Assembly (NCBI GenBank): GCA_963840375.1 | Contig: CAWIYR010000001.1 | Span: 588,810 to 652,809 of the forward strand | DNA: 64,000 bases | DNA from: an uncultured Chloroflexia bacterium | GTDB lineage: Bacteria > Chloroflexota > Limnocylindria > Limnocylindrales > CSP1-4 | Direction of reading: 5' to 3' | Shown: piece after piece, positions 48,879-58,317 of the stretch | How positions within the stretch are numbered: the first letter of the stretch is position 1 | Layout: each line of letters opens with the position of its first letter | Made by a program: the position numbers and the translations under genes | The notes under the pieces: model-generated | What the model saw: only the letters and a program-made list of their open reading frames with translations | Databases searched by the model: none | Told to the model about the DNA's origin: nothing

Positions 48879-50311
48879 GAGGCGCTCCGGCGGAGGAGCC
48901 GGTCCAGCCGGCCACGGCCGGTCCGGGGCGGTGGCGGCGGCTCGACGCCCCGGTCCGACAGGGCGAGCAGCAGGCCGACCACGAGGGCGTTGGCGAGAAG
49001 GGAGGAGCCGCCGTAGCTGATGAACGGCAGGGTGATCCCGGTCAGCGGGATGAGCTTGAGGTTGCCCGCCGCGATGATGAACGCCTGGACCCCGACGACG
49101 AGCGCCAGCCCGGTCGCCAGGAGGGCGCGGAAGTCGTCGGCCGCCGAGGCCGCGATCCGCAGGCCGCGCTCGATGACCACGAGGTAGAGGCCCAGGACGG
49201 CGAGCACCCCGATGAGTCCGAGCTCCTCGCCGAGCGCCGCCAGCGGGAAGTCCGTGTGGATCTCGGGGATCGGCAGACGCCCGCCGACCTCCGGCAAGCC
49301 GGCCCCGAGCCCGGTCCCCAGCAGCCCGCCCCGGGCGAACGCGATGAGCGCCTGGACCACCTGGTAGCCCACGCCCTGGGGGTCGGCGAACGGGTCGATC
49401 CAGACGTCCACCCGCGCCCGGACGTGACCGAACAGCGAGTACGCGACGAACGCCCCGACGACGAGCATGACCAGCCCGAGGACGACGTAGCTCGCGCGCG
49501 AGGTGGCCGCGTAGACCAGGGCGAGGAACACCGCGAAGAACAGGAGCGCCGCGCCCAGGTCGCGTTGGATGACGACGATCGCCAGGGCGATCGTCCACAT
49601 GACCAGCATCGGCAGGAGATACGGTACGGGCGGGAGCCGGAGCGGCCCCAGGCGGGTGCTCTCGAAGACGAGGAGCGGCCGGAACTCCGAGAGGTAGGCG
49701 GCCAGGAAGATCACCAGGACGACCTTGAGAAGCTCCGTCGGCTGGCCGCTGACCGGCCCGATCCGGATCGTCAGGAGCGCGCCGTTCGCCTCGTGGCCGA
49801 ACACGAACCCCGCGAGCAACAGGGCGATCCCCGCCACCGCCCAGGTGTACTTGTACCGCCGAAGCCAGGTGTCGGAGCGAACGGCGATCGCGAGGACGGT
49901 GAGGACCGACAGGGCGATGAGCAGCCAGACCAGCTGAGCGCCGGCGAGGCCGAGCGTCGTCCCGAGGGCGGAGCCGCCGAGGTCCTGGGGCAGCCGCTCC
50001 ATCAGGAGGAGGCCGATGCCACCGAGAAGTCCGACGGTCGGGAGGAGGACCTGGTCCGTCCGGCGGCCGGCCAGGACCTGGGCCACGTGGGCGGCGAGCA
50101 GGGCACCGAGGTAGATGGCGAGACGACCCGCATCGGCCGGCCGCAGCACCGGTGATCCGTCGGCACCGAGGGCCACGGTCGCTCCCAGCGAGACGCTGCC
50201 CACCACCAGGGCCATGCCCACGAGGCCGAGCAGCCCCAGTTCGCGCCTGCGCCAGCGGGGACGGATCGGCCCGAGTCCGGCCCGCTGCCGGGCGACGACC
50301 GCGATGCTCAC
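48875..50311 (-). CDS. rodA: SEDS peptidoglycan polymerase (RodA/FtsW)
   Basis: QPTELLK, QRDLG, WIDPF, GYQ, PEIHTDF, PLTGITLPFISYGGSS motifs and multiple TMs. Confidence 0.95.
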   Translation of the reverse strand: MSIAVVARQRAGLGPIRPRWRRRELGLLGLVGMALVVGSVSLGATVALGADGSPVLRPADAGRLAIYLGALLAAHVAQVLAGRRTDQVLLPTVGLLGGIGLLLMERLPQDLGGSALGTTLGLAGAQLVWLLIALSVLTVLAIAVRSDTWLRRYKYTWAVAGIALLLAGFVFGHEANGALLTIRIGPVSGQPTELLKVVLVIFLAAYLSEFRPLLVFESTRLGPLRLPPVPYLLPMLVMWTIALAIVVIQRDLGAALLFFAVFLALVYAATSRASYVVLGLVMLVVGAFVAYSLFGHVRARVDVWIDPFADPQGVGYQVVQALIAFARGGLLGTGLGAGLPEVGGRLPIPEIHTDFPLAALGEELGLIGVLAVLGLYLVVIERGLRIAASAADDFRALLATGLALVVGVQAFIIAAGNLKLIPLTGITLPFISYGGSSLLANALVVGLLLALSDRGVEPPPPPRTGRGRLDRLLRRSAS

Positions 50312-50330
50312 CGGTTGGCTCTCGGCCGGC

Positions 50331-50783
50331 TCATCGCCCGGACCCCGGGGTGCCGGCCCGCTCCAGACGCAGTCGGACCCGACCGACCGCGATGTCGTCC
50401 CCGAAGGCCACGCCGGCGATCCGGTCGATCCGGGCACCGTTGAGGTAGGTCCCGTTCGTACTGCCGAGATCCTCCAGGTACCAGGCCCGACCCCGGAAGG
50501 TCAACGCGGCGTGCTCCGCGCTGGCGAACGGATCGTCGATCACGATCGTGTTGTTCACGTCGCGACCGAGCGTGGCGATCGCGTCGAGCGGGAACGCCGT
50601 CCCCGTGACCGGCTCGGCGACCTCCGAGGCCACCACGACGAGCCGTCCGAGCGCGGTGACCGGCTCGCGTGCGGCCGAGCGCAGGTCGCGCAGAAGCACC
50701 CGCACCACCCCGGCGAGAAACACGTAGAGCGCGGCGAGGAACAGGATCCGGACCACCCAGATCGTGATGAGGGCGGGCTCCAT
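50331..50783 (-). CDS. fhaB: TM + FHA domain protein (FhaB/FipA-like)
   Basis: N-terminal TM, then GRD, SAEH and DLGSTNGTYLNG. Confidence 0.9.
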   Translation of the reverse strand: MEPALITIWVVRILFLAALYVFLAGVVRVLLRDLRSAAREPVTALGRLVVVASEVAEPVTGTAFPLDAIATLGRDVNNTIVIDDPFASAEHAALTFRGRAWYLEDLGSTNGTYLNGARIDRIAGVAFGDDIAVGRVRLRLERAGTPGSGR

Positions 50784-51517
50784 CAGTCGGCGGCCGGCGC
50801 GTCGACGACGAGGACCGTGTCGCCCAGCTCGATCGTGTCGCCCGAACCAAGGACGACCTCATCGACACGGACCCCGTTCACCCGACAGCCGTTCGTCGAG
50901 CCGAGGTCGGTGAGCACGAGCATCCCGTGGCTCGCCCGAAGGCGAGCGTGATGTCGGGAGACCCGGGCGTCGGCGAGCACGAGATCGTTGTCGCTCGAAC
51001 GACCGATCGAAAGCGAGCCGCTGATCGTGACGGTCCGCCCCGTGCCGTCGCGGCGGATCTCCCGAAGGATGGCCGCGGGCGCGGCTGGGGCCGGGACCGC
51101 GAACGCCATCGTGCGGTCTCCGTGCGCCGGCATCTCGTCGCCGCTCGTCACCGGTGCCGGCTCCGTCTCCACGTGGACATCGCCGGGCGCGACCGCCCGG
51201 TCGGCGACGAACTCGACACGGGGACGATCGGCGAGCAGGTAGGCGTGGGACCGGGCGAAGCCCAGGGCGGCGTCGGCGAGCTCACCGGCGAGCTCGGGGG
51301 ATGCAGCGACGAGTGCCTGGAGGTCGGTCGGGTCGAGCCGCACGAGGTACCGATCCGGGACCCACGTCCGGCCGCCCACCGATCGCCGGTCACGCTCCAT
51401 CGCCCGCTCGATCCGTCGCTGCACCTGGATCGGCTGGAGGCTGGTCTTGAAGAGACGGCCGGCCGGACGCTCGAGGAGCCGTTCGAGGAGCTGCTCCAGC
51501 CCGGAGAGAGGTCGCAT
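50783..51517 (-). CDS. fhaA: DUF3662 + FHA protein (FhaA-like)
   Basis: LEQLLERLLE...LQPIQV..RIERAME...VPDRY (DUF3662), then IGR, SRHH and DLGSTNG. Promoter TGCTAGACT at 51529-51537. Confidence 0.9.
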   Translation of the reverse strand: MRPLSGLEQLLERLLERPAGRLFKTSLQPIQVQRRIERAMERDRRSVGGRTWVPDRYLVRLDPTDLQALVAASPELAGELADAALGFARSHAYLLADRPRVEFVADRAVAPGDVHVETEPAPVTSGDEMPAHGDRTMAFAVPAPAAPAAILREIRRDGTGRTVTISGSLSIGRSSDNDLVLADARVSRHHARLRASHGMLVLTDLGSTNGCRVNGVRVDEVVLGSGDTIELGDTVLVVDAPAAD

Positions 51518-51777
51518 GGTCGGGCCGGAGTCTAGCAGGGGGAGCACCTCGTGCCCTCCGACAGCCCAGTGCCCGCCTCGTCGCGTCGATCGCCGAGGGG
51601 TCGTCGGGTGCCCGAACGAGGATCCCGGGTCGGTCGTCGGAGCGCGTCGACCCTGACCTTCGGGAACCTCCGGACGGTACCTGCGGCTGGGGTCCGTCCC
51701 GGACCCTGCGCTATACTCTCGAACCGCTCGAGAGGTGTGGCTGCCCCTCGTCCGTATCACCTCGCGCCGGGGGCACC

Positions 51778-53686
51778 ATGCCCGAGATCCTGACCGAATC
51801 GTTCTGCGAACGCTGTGGCACCCGCTACACGTTCGAGGCCGCCGCCCCGAAGGGCCGCCGCCTGGGCAAGATCAAGGTCCTCTCGAAGGGCCTGGTCAAC
51901 TTCGTCACGAACGATGATCAGTCGCTCGACGAGGCGTTCGCCGACGCCCGGAGCGACCAGCAGCGGGAGCTGACCGGCCACCAGCTGGAGGCCTTCCACA
52001 AGACCTTCCAGTTCTGCATGTCGTGCCGCCAGTACACCTGCGGGAACTGCTGGAACGAGGCCGACGGCCAGTGCCTGAGCTGCGCGCCTCACCTCGGCCA
52101 GGAGATCCTCGAGGCGCCATTCCCGGCCCTCGGGGCTGCCGCGATCATGGTCCCGGACGCTGCCGGATCGCCCAACGGCCAGAACGGCCACGACGCGCCG
52201 ATCGACTTCGACGCGGTGGCCTGGCCCTCGATCGACCTCCCGGCCGACGACGAGGCGCCCGGCTCTTCGCTGCCGTCCGCTGCGGCGACGCCCCCGCCGG
52301 CATCGGCCGCCGATGCCGAGACCGCCGCTGCCGCCGAAGCCCTCGCCGAGGCCGAGGCCGAGGCCGAGGCCGTCGCCACCGCTGCCGCCGAGGCCGAGGC
52401 CGTCGCCACCGCGCAGGCCACCGCCGCCGAGGCTGCGGCCGTGGCCGAGGCGGGCTGCTGCTGCCGAAGCCGAGGCTGCCGCCGTGGCCGAGGCGGAGGC
52501 TGCTGCTGCCGAAGCCGAGGCTGCCGCCGTGGCCGAGGCGGAGGCTGCTGCTGCCGAAGCCGAGGCGGCCGTTGCCGCCAGGGCCGACGCCGAAGCCGCT
52601 GCTGCCGCTGAAGCCGACGCCCGGGCCGCTGCTGCGGCCAAGGTCGAGGCCGAGGCCGCTGCTGCCGCTGAAGCCGAGGCGGCCGCCGCCGCTGCGATGG
52701 AGGCCGCGGCCAAGGCGTCGGCCGTGATCCCAGACGCTGCCCCGACCGTCACCGAGGAGATCGACGACGACGTCACCCGGGCCGTCGCCGATGCCGAGCG
52801 AGCCCGACGCGTCGCCGCCGGAACGGCGGCGGGTGCCATCGCCGCTTCGGGACCCGCGGCCGAGTCGGGAGCATCGGTCGGCGAGGACCGAATCGCCGCG
52901 GCGGCCGCCCAGACCACCGAGCTGCTCGGCCGGTTCCGCCCCGGGCAAGAGCACGCCCCAGCGGAGGTCGGACCGGCAGCCGTCCACCCCGACGAGCAGC
53001 CCGTCAGAGAGACGCACCTCGCCGCGGAGACCGTCGAGAGCCCCCCGGTGGTCTCCCTGTCGGCCGCCGCGATCGCCGCCGACGAGGCGGTCGAAGCGAT
53101 CCGGCGAGCGGCCATCGAGAGCGGACCCGCCGTCGAGCCGACGATCGAGCCGCCGACCGCCCAGCCGGTCGCCGCGGCGAGCGAGCCGGCCGCCCAGCCC
53201 GCGGTCGAGCCCCTCCCCGGGGTCGCGGCCGAACCCGGCCCGGCCGCGCCGGAACCGGCACCGATCCCGACCCCGAGCCGCGACGACCGCGTCGAGGCAC
53301 CGGTCTGGCAGATCGTCGCCCCGGAGACGGCCGATACGACGTCCGGGGCGACCCCGATCCCGACGCCTCAGCCCGTAGAGTCGCCGCGACCGAGCGCGCA
53401 GGCCGCCCCGACCAACGGGGCCGGCCAGAACGGCTCCGGGACCGGGCCGCAGTGGCCGACACCGGCGACCACGCCACCACCACAGTGGCCGATGCCCGCG
53501 AGCCAACCGAGCCCGCAGTGGCCGACCCGCGCGGCCGTCACCCCGGTCGCCACCGACATGTGGGCGGCGTCGAGCCAGGACGTCCTAAACCGACCCGGTT
53601 CCGGGGTCTCCGCCTGCGTGAGCTGTGGCCTCCCGCTGTCGGCCGCCGCCCGGTTCTGTCGACGCTGCGGGTCGTCCCAGCACTGA
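51778..53686 (+). pseudogene. Multi-zinc-finger protein: N-terminal Cys8 domain, Ala/Glu/Pro-rich linker, C-terminal zinc ribbon; 2-nt deletion at about 52453 (real or assembly error)
   Basis: ORFs 51778-52611 and 52313-53686 join into about 636 aa if 'AG' is restored in the first 45-bp repeat copy. CERC...CMSCRQYTCGNC...CLSC at the N-terminus, CVSC...FCRRCG at the C-terminus. Confidence 0.8.
52438..52570 (+). repeat. Three tandem 45-bp coding repeats (AVAEAEAAAAEAEAA), first copy 43 bp
   Basis: Unit GCCGTGGCCGAGGCGGAGGCTGCTGCTGCCGAAGCCGAGGCTGCC at 52481-52525, near-identical at 52526-52570, and missing AG at 52438-52480. Confidence 0.9.
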
Positions 53687-53722
53687 CCTCCCGGCGATCC
53701 CGTCGGATCCCGCCTCGCCCGC

Positions 53723-54613
53723 TCAGTCGGCCCGTCGGGCCGAGGCGATCACCCCGCGGCGGTGCACCCAGGCGGCCCCGAGCAGGATGGCCTGAGTGAC
53801 GAACGAGAGCCAGATCATCGCGGCGAAGACGGCGACGAACGCGCCGTAGACCGCGAGCGACCCGACCATCCGGGGCGCGACGATGGCGAAGATCGCGGTC
53901 AGGACCGCGAGCACGGTCCCCACCACGGCCGCCGGGAGGCCGATCTCGCGCCAGCTCGGTGACACCGTCGGCACGATCCTGTAGATGACCCCGATGGCGA
54001 GGCTGAACAAGGCGATCGACGCCACGAAGGACCCGAGCGCGGTGTCGATCCGCCGGGTCAGCCAGCCCAGCCCGGGTACGTCCGTTCCTACCTGCTCGAC
54101 GAAGGCGAGCAGGTAGGTGGCCAGGATGAGACCACCGATCATCAGCAGGACCGAGATCACCCCGCGGATCCCCCGTTGGACAGGATCCCGCCGGGGCGAT
54201 CCGCGGAAGATCCGGGCCATGGCATCGTCGAGGGACTGGTAGAAGCGGCTGCTGCCCCAGATCAGGCCGACCAGGCCGATGATCCCGAACGAGACCGCAC
54301 CGCGACTGAACTCGGTCACGGCCTCGCTCAGGAATGTCGCGATCGGCGGGAAGCGATCGGCGAGCAGGGTGATGACCGATTCCAGCCGGGCCGGGTCGCC
54401 GAGGTAGATCCCGATGATCGAGATGACCAGGAGGATGGCCGGCAGGAGCGCGAACAGGGTGTTCCAGGCGAGCCCCGCCGCGAGCAGTCCCCCGCCGGCG
54501 GTGTCGTAGGCGTCGAGGATCGGCTTCAGCCAGCGGGCCGGCGGGAGATCCAGGACCCGGTCGCCGATCCTGGCGAGCCGGTCACCCAGGGATGGCGACT
54601 CCCGTCCGCTCAC
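53723..54613 (-). CDS. YihY/virulence factor BrkB family membrane protein
   Basis: AAGLAWNTLFALLP, multiple TMs, YRIVP, YGAF and MIWLSF motifs. GTG 54613 overlaps the upstream stop; alternative ATG 54622. Confidence 0.88.
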   Translation of the reverse strand: MSGRESPSLGDRLARIGDRVLDLPPARWLKPILDAYDTAGGGLLAAGLAWNTLFALLPAILLVISIIGIYLGDPARLESVITLLADRFPPIATFLSEAVTEFSRGAVSFGIIGLVGLIWGSSRFYQSLDDAMARIFRGSPRRDPVQRGIRGVISVLLMIGGLILATYLLAFVEQVGTDVPGLGWLTRRIDTALGSFVASIALFSLAIGVIYRIVPTVSPSWREIGLPAAVVGTVLAVLTAIFAIVAPRMVGSLAVYGAFVAVFAAMIWLSFVTQAILLGAAWVHRRGVIASARRAD

Positions 54614-54852
54614 CCGTTCCATTCTTCGAAGAGACCCGGTTGGAGCTCCTCGGCGCGGACGGCGCGGGGAGCCGTGATCAGCGCCCGGACCTGGCCGCGA
54701 CGGACATATCGACGACCGCCGAGCTTGATGCTCTGGAGCTTCCCGGTCCGCGCCCAGCCGCCGATCGTGGCCGGCCGGAAGTGGACGTTGGCCGCCTCCA
54801 GGATGGCCGACGCCTCGACCAGGGTGATCCAGTCCGCCGCGCCACCGGCCAT
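54610..54852 (-). CDS. Small HTH DNA-binding protein (HTH_17/excisionase/MerR-like)
   Basis: WITLVEASAIL...ATIGGWARTGKLQSIKLGGRRYVRR pattern. Confidence 0.78.
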   Translation of the reverse strand: MAGGAADWITLVEASAILEAANVHFRPATIGGWARTGKLQSIKLGGRRYVRRGQVRALITAPRAVRAEELQPGLFEEWNG

Positions 54853-54855
54853 CGC

Positions 54856-55182
54856 CTAGGTCCCGGTCTCGGCCGGTCCGGCGGTCGCGCCGGAAGAGCC
54901 GGTTGCCTCAGCCGCCGACGCCTTCTCGGTCGTGGCTGCGTCGCTGCCGGCTTTCGACGGACTCCCGTCGCCAGAGCCGGCGCGGGCGGCCTTCGTGGAT
55001 GACGCGGCGCCGCGATCCTTCTTCGCCCAGCCCGAACCCTTGAAGTGGATCGCCGGCACGACGAACGCCTTGCGCATCTCGCCGCCGCACTTGGGGCAGA
55101 CATCCGGGCCGTGACCGTAGACGCCGTGGACCACCTCCATCTCGTGCCCGCAGACGGTGCACCGGTAGTCGTAGGTGGGCAC
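54856..55182 (-). CDS. FmdB family zinc ribbon protein
   Basis: MPTYDYRCTVCGH...CPKCGG...IHFKGSGW with a Ser/Ala-rich tail. GGAG SD. Confidence 0.92.
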   Translation of the reverse strand: MPTYDYRCTVCGHEMEVVHGVYGHGPDVCPKCGGEMRKAFVVPAIHFKGSGWAKKDRGAASSTKAARAGSGDGSPSKAGSDAATTEKASAAEATGSSGATAGPAETGT

Positions 55183-55226
55183 TCCCAGGGATCTCCTCGC
55201 GGGTCGTCGGTCTGGTGGTCCGGCCG

Positions 55227-55973
55227 TCAGCCGCGCAGCAGCCGCATGCCGCACTTGGGACAGTAGAAGGCGCGCTCGTGGGCCGACGCGAACCCGCAGT
55301 GGGCGCACACGAGACCGCCCCGGCCGGCCGCCGGGACGGGACGCTCGATGGCCGTGATCCCCAGGGCGTACTGGTTGGCGAGGATGTTCGTGAAGATCCC
55401 GGCCAGCAGCTTGGCGCCGATCCGGTCGGTGTCGCCCCGCACGCCCTTGCCACCCCAGCCGACCACGGCCCGGACGATCATGTCGCCGGTCCCCTCGTCC
55501 CAGTGGCTCGCCACCCCGCCGAGGACCGCGCTGTACTCCGGGTAGCCCGATGTGTCGACCTCGCCGTCGAGCAGGGCGCAGACGAAGGTGTCGAAGGCCA
55601 GGTCGATCGCGTCGATCGATTCGAGGACGACGAGGGCGTGACGGGTGATCGGCGAGTGGATGTGATGGGCGTTGAGCCATTGCATCGCCTCGGACGGCCG
55701 GACGATCGTGGGGGTGGCCTGGCTGTACTCCATGGCCAGCGGCTCGACGACCTCGATCTCGCTCTTCGCCAGCCCGGCCAGCATCGAGGGCAGCTCATCG
55801 AATGCCCGGGGGCCGGCCTTGAACCGGACGCCCTCGCTGCTCTTGCCCGCGTAGTAGAGCTTGAGCTGGTACTCCTGGGCGGAGACCTCCTCGGGGATCG
55901 GTGTCGAGGCGGCCGCCGGGGAGACCACCGGGGACGGTTCGCCGGACTTTCGCTTGAGGAACTCGAGCGGCAC
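55227..55973 (-). CDS. Hypothetical protein with C-terminal zinc ribbon
   Basis: Start moved to GTG 55973 (MPLEFLKRK) because promoter TGCTACCAT lies at 56008-56016. C-terminal CAHCG...FYCPKCG. Confidence 0.82.
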   Translation of the reverse strand: MPLEFLKRKSGEPSPVVSPAAASTPIPEEVSAQEYQLKLYYAGKSSEGVRFKAGPRAFDELPSMLAGLAKSEIEVVEPLAMEYSQATPTIVRPSEAMQWLNAHHIHSPITRHALVVLESIDAIDLAFDTFVCALLDGEVDTSGYPEYSAVLGGVASHWDEGTGDMIVRAVVGWGGKGVRGDTDRIGAKLLAGIFTNILANQYALGITAIERPVPAAGRGGLVCAHCGFASAHERAFYCPKCGMRLLRG

Positions 55974-56046
55974 GCGTGGGACCCTCAACGTGGACGGGAC
56001 TGGCCGTATGGTAGCAGCGGATGCACGCCCGGATAGACTTGGCGAC

Positions 56047-58317
56047 ATGAGCCCGCCGCGATCCCGGGTCCGGCGCTTCGCGCCGGTCGAGCGCCACGTC
56101 GTCCACGCCACGGACCTCGGTGGGGTCGGGACGCTCAAGCACGGCGATCTCTACCTCCTCACCGACCCGTTCGGCGACATCCATCCGGATGCCCGCGGGC
56201 TGGGGCTGTATGCCGGGGACACCCGGATCCTGTCGTGCGCGGTCCTCCACGTCGACGGCGTCCGGCCGGCCCTCCTCCGGGGCGACACCGACGAGAACTT
56301 CCGGGGGACGATCCAGCTCACGAACCCCGAGGTGCGGCGAGACCCCGGCGACAAGATGGCGCCCGAGCGATCGCTCGCCCGGCAATCCCTGGGGATCACC
56401 CGGCGGCGCGTCCTCGGCGGCGCGCTCCAGGAGCGGATCGTCGTGGCGAACTTCACCGAGCACCCCGAGACGGTGATCCTGGAGCTCTCCCTCGGCGTCG
56501 ACGACGCCGACATCTTCGAGATCCGCGGCTACCCCCGCGGTGCGGTGGGCACGAGCCTCCCGATCGTGGCCCGAAGCGACCGGCTCGCCTTTGCCACGGT
56601 CGGGCTCGACGGTGTCCTCCGACGGACCCGGATCGCCTTCCCGGCGGCGGAGATCCTCGCCGTCGTCGACCGGCCCGACCGGTCGGGCATCGCCGGCGCG
56701 TCGATCGTCCTGAGCTGGCGGCTCGACCTTGCCCCCGGCGGGCAGGAGGCCATCGAATGGACCGCCTGGGCGGATGAGGGCGCCGTCACGTCGGCCGCGT
56801 TCGACGGCCCCCCGGGGACCCTCGGGGACGCGCTCGGACGCGACCGCGCCCCACGGGTGGAGGAGGCCGCCGGCGACGCCGCGTACCGCGTCTGGCGCGG
56901 GGAGATGGCCTCGATCGCCACGGACAACGAGCTGTTCGATCAGCTCCTCGACCGAAGCGTGGCGGACCTGCGGCTCCTCCAGAACGACGGCCCGTCGGGC
57001 GGCGAGCACTACCTCGCCGCCGGCGTCCCCTGGTTCGCCACGCTGTTCGGCCGGGACGCCCTCCTGTCGGCGTACGAGGCGGTGGCCTTCCGCCCGGCGA
57101 TCGCCGTGGCCACGCTCGAGGTCCTGGCCGCCCGTCAGGCGACCGCCGACGACCCGAGTGCCGACGCGGAGCCGGGCAAGATCCTCCACGAGATCCGGGC
57201 CGGCGAGATGGCCCGCTCGGGCGAGCTCCCCTTCGCGACCTACTACGGCAGCGTCGATGCGACCCCGCTCTGGTTGATCCTCCTCGCCGAGACGTTCGAC
57301 TGGACCGGCGACCTGGCCTTCCTCGATCGGCTCTGGCCCAACGCCCTGGCCGCCCTGGCCTGGATCGACGAGTCCGGTGACCTCGACGGCGACGGCTTCG
57401 TCGAGTACCGCCGCCGAGCGGACCGCGGCCTCCTGAACCAGGGCTGGAAGGACTCGTCGGACGCGATCCGCGACCGGACCGGTGGGTCAGCCGAGCCGCC
57501 GATCGCCCTGGCCGAGGTCCAGGGCTACGTCCACGAGGCGAAACGTCGGATGGCGGGCCTGGCCCGACGCCGTGGCGAGCGATCCCTGGCCGAGCGTCTG
57601 GACCGGGAGGCCGACGAGCTCCGCGCGCGGTTCGATGCGGCGTTCTGGGTCGAGGACCAGGGCTCGTACGCCATGGCTCTCGACCGGCACAAGCGACCGG
57701 CCAACGCCCTTGCGTCCAATGCCGGTCAGGCGCTCTGGGGCGGGATCGTGGATCCGGCCCGAGCCGCGTCGGTGGTGAGGACCCTGATGGGAAACGGGCT
57801 CGATTCGGGCTGGGGGATCCGGACCCTCGCGGCCGGGCAGCCCGGCTACAACCCCCTCGGCTACCACACCGGAACGATCTGGCCCCACGACAACGCGCTC
57901 ATCGCCGCCGGGATGAAACGATACGGCTTCGATTCCGAGGCGAGCGGGCTGGCCGGCCGGATCTTCGAAGCCGCCCAGCGGTTCTCCGACTTCCGGCTGC
58001 CCGAGCTCTATTGCGGTTTCGACCGGGCCGAGGTGGACGTCCCGGTGCCGTATCCGGTGGCGTGCTCGCCGCAGGCATGGTCGGCCGCCGCGCCGCTGCT
58101 CCTCGTGCGGACGATCCTGGGCATCCGGGTGAGCGCCGCCGACCATTCGCTCGAGCTCGTCCGGCCGCACCTGCCGACATGGATCGGCAAGCTCACGATC
58201 TCGAACCTGCGGGTCGGCGACGCCTCCGCGGACCTCCTGTTCCATCGCTGGCGCGGGACGACCAGCGCCGAGGTCCTGCGCAAGGACGGCGAGCTGGACG
58301 TGACGATCCGCGTCTAG
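56047..58317 (+). CDS. Amylo-alpha-1,6-glucosidase (glycogen debranching enzyme family)
   Basis: AAGVPWFATLFGRD, EPGKILHE, YYGSVDATP, QGWKDS, YHTGTIWPHDN, LPELYCG and PQAWS motifs. Leaderless ATG 56047. Confidence 0.93.
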   Translation: MSPPRSRVRRFAPVERHVVHATDLGGVGTLKHGDLYLLTDPFGDIHPDARGLGLYAGDTRILSCAVLHVDGVRPALLRGDTDENFRGTIQLTNPEVRRDPGDKMAPERSLARQSLGITRRRVLGGALQERIVVANFTEHPETVILELSLGVDDADIFEIRGYPRGAVGTSLPIVARSDRLAFATVGLDGVLRRTRIAFPAAEILAVVDRPDRSGIAGASIVLSWRLDLAPGGQEAIEWTAWADEGAVTSAAFDGPPGTLGDALGRDRAPRVEEAAGDAAYRVWRGEMASIATDNELFDQLLDRSVADLRLLQNDGPSGGEHYLAAGVPWFATLFGRDALLSAYEAVAFRPAIAVATLEVLAARQATADDPSADAEPGKILHEIRAGEMARSGELPFATYYGSVDATPLWLILLAETFDWTGDLAFLDRLWPNALAALAWIDESGDLDGDGFVEYRRRADRGLLNQGWKDSSDAIRDRTGGSAEPPIALAEVQGYVHEAKRRMAGLARRRGERSLAERLDREADELRARFDAAFWVEDQGSYAMALDRHKRPANALASNAGQALWGGIVDPARAASVVRTLMGNGLDSGWGIRTLAAGQPGYNPLGYHTGTIWPHDNALIAAGMKRYGFDSEASGLAGRIFEAAQRFSDFRLPELYCGFDRAEVDVPVPYPVACSPQAWSAAAPLLLVRTILGIRVSAADHSLELVRPHLPTWIGKLTISNLRVGDASADLLFHRWRGTTSAEVLRKDGELDVTIRV

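Noticed and set aside
52446-52611. Cys/Arg-rich repeat peptide (CCCRSRGCRRGRGGG) as a metallothionein or RiPP precursor
   Set aside because: It is the out-of-frame translation of the Ala/Glu repeat after the 2-nt deletion.
54610-54852. Excisionase-like HTH as evidence of a prophage or ICE
   Set aside because: No integrase, att repeats or phage genes are present, and the gene is embedded in a coupled operon.
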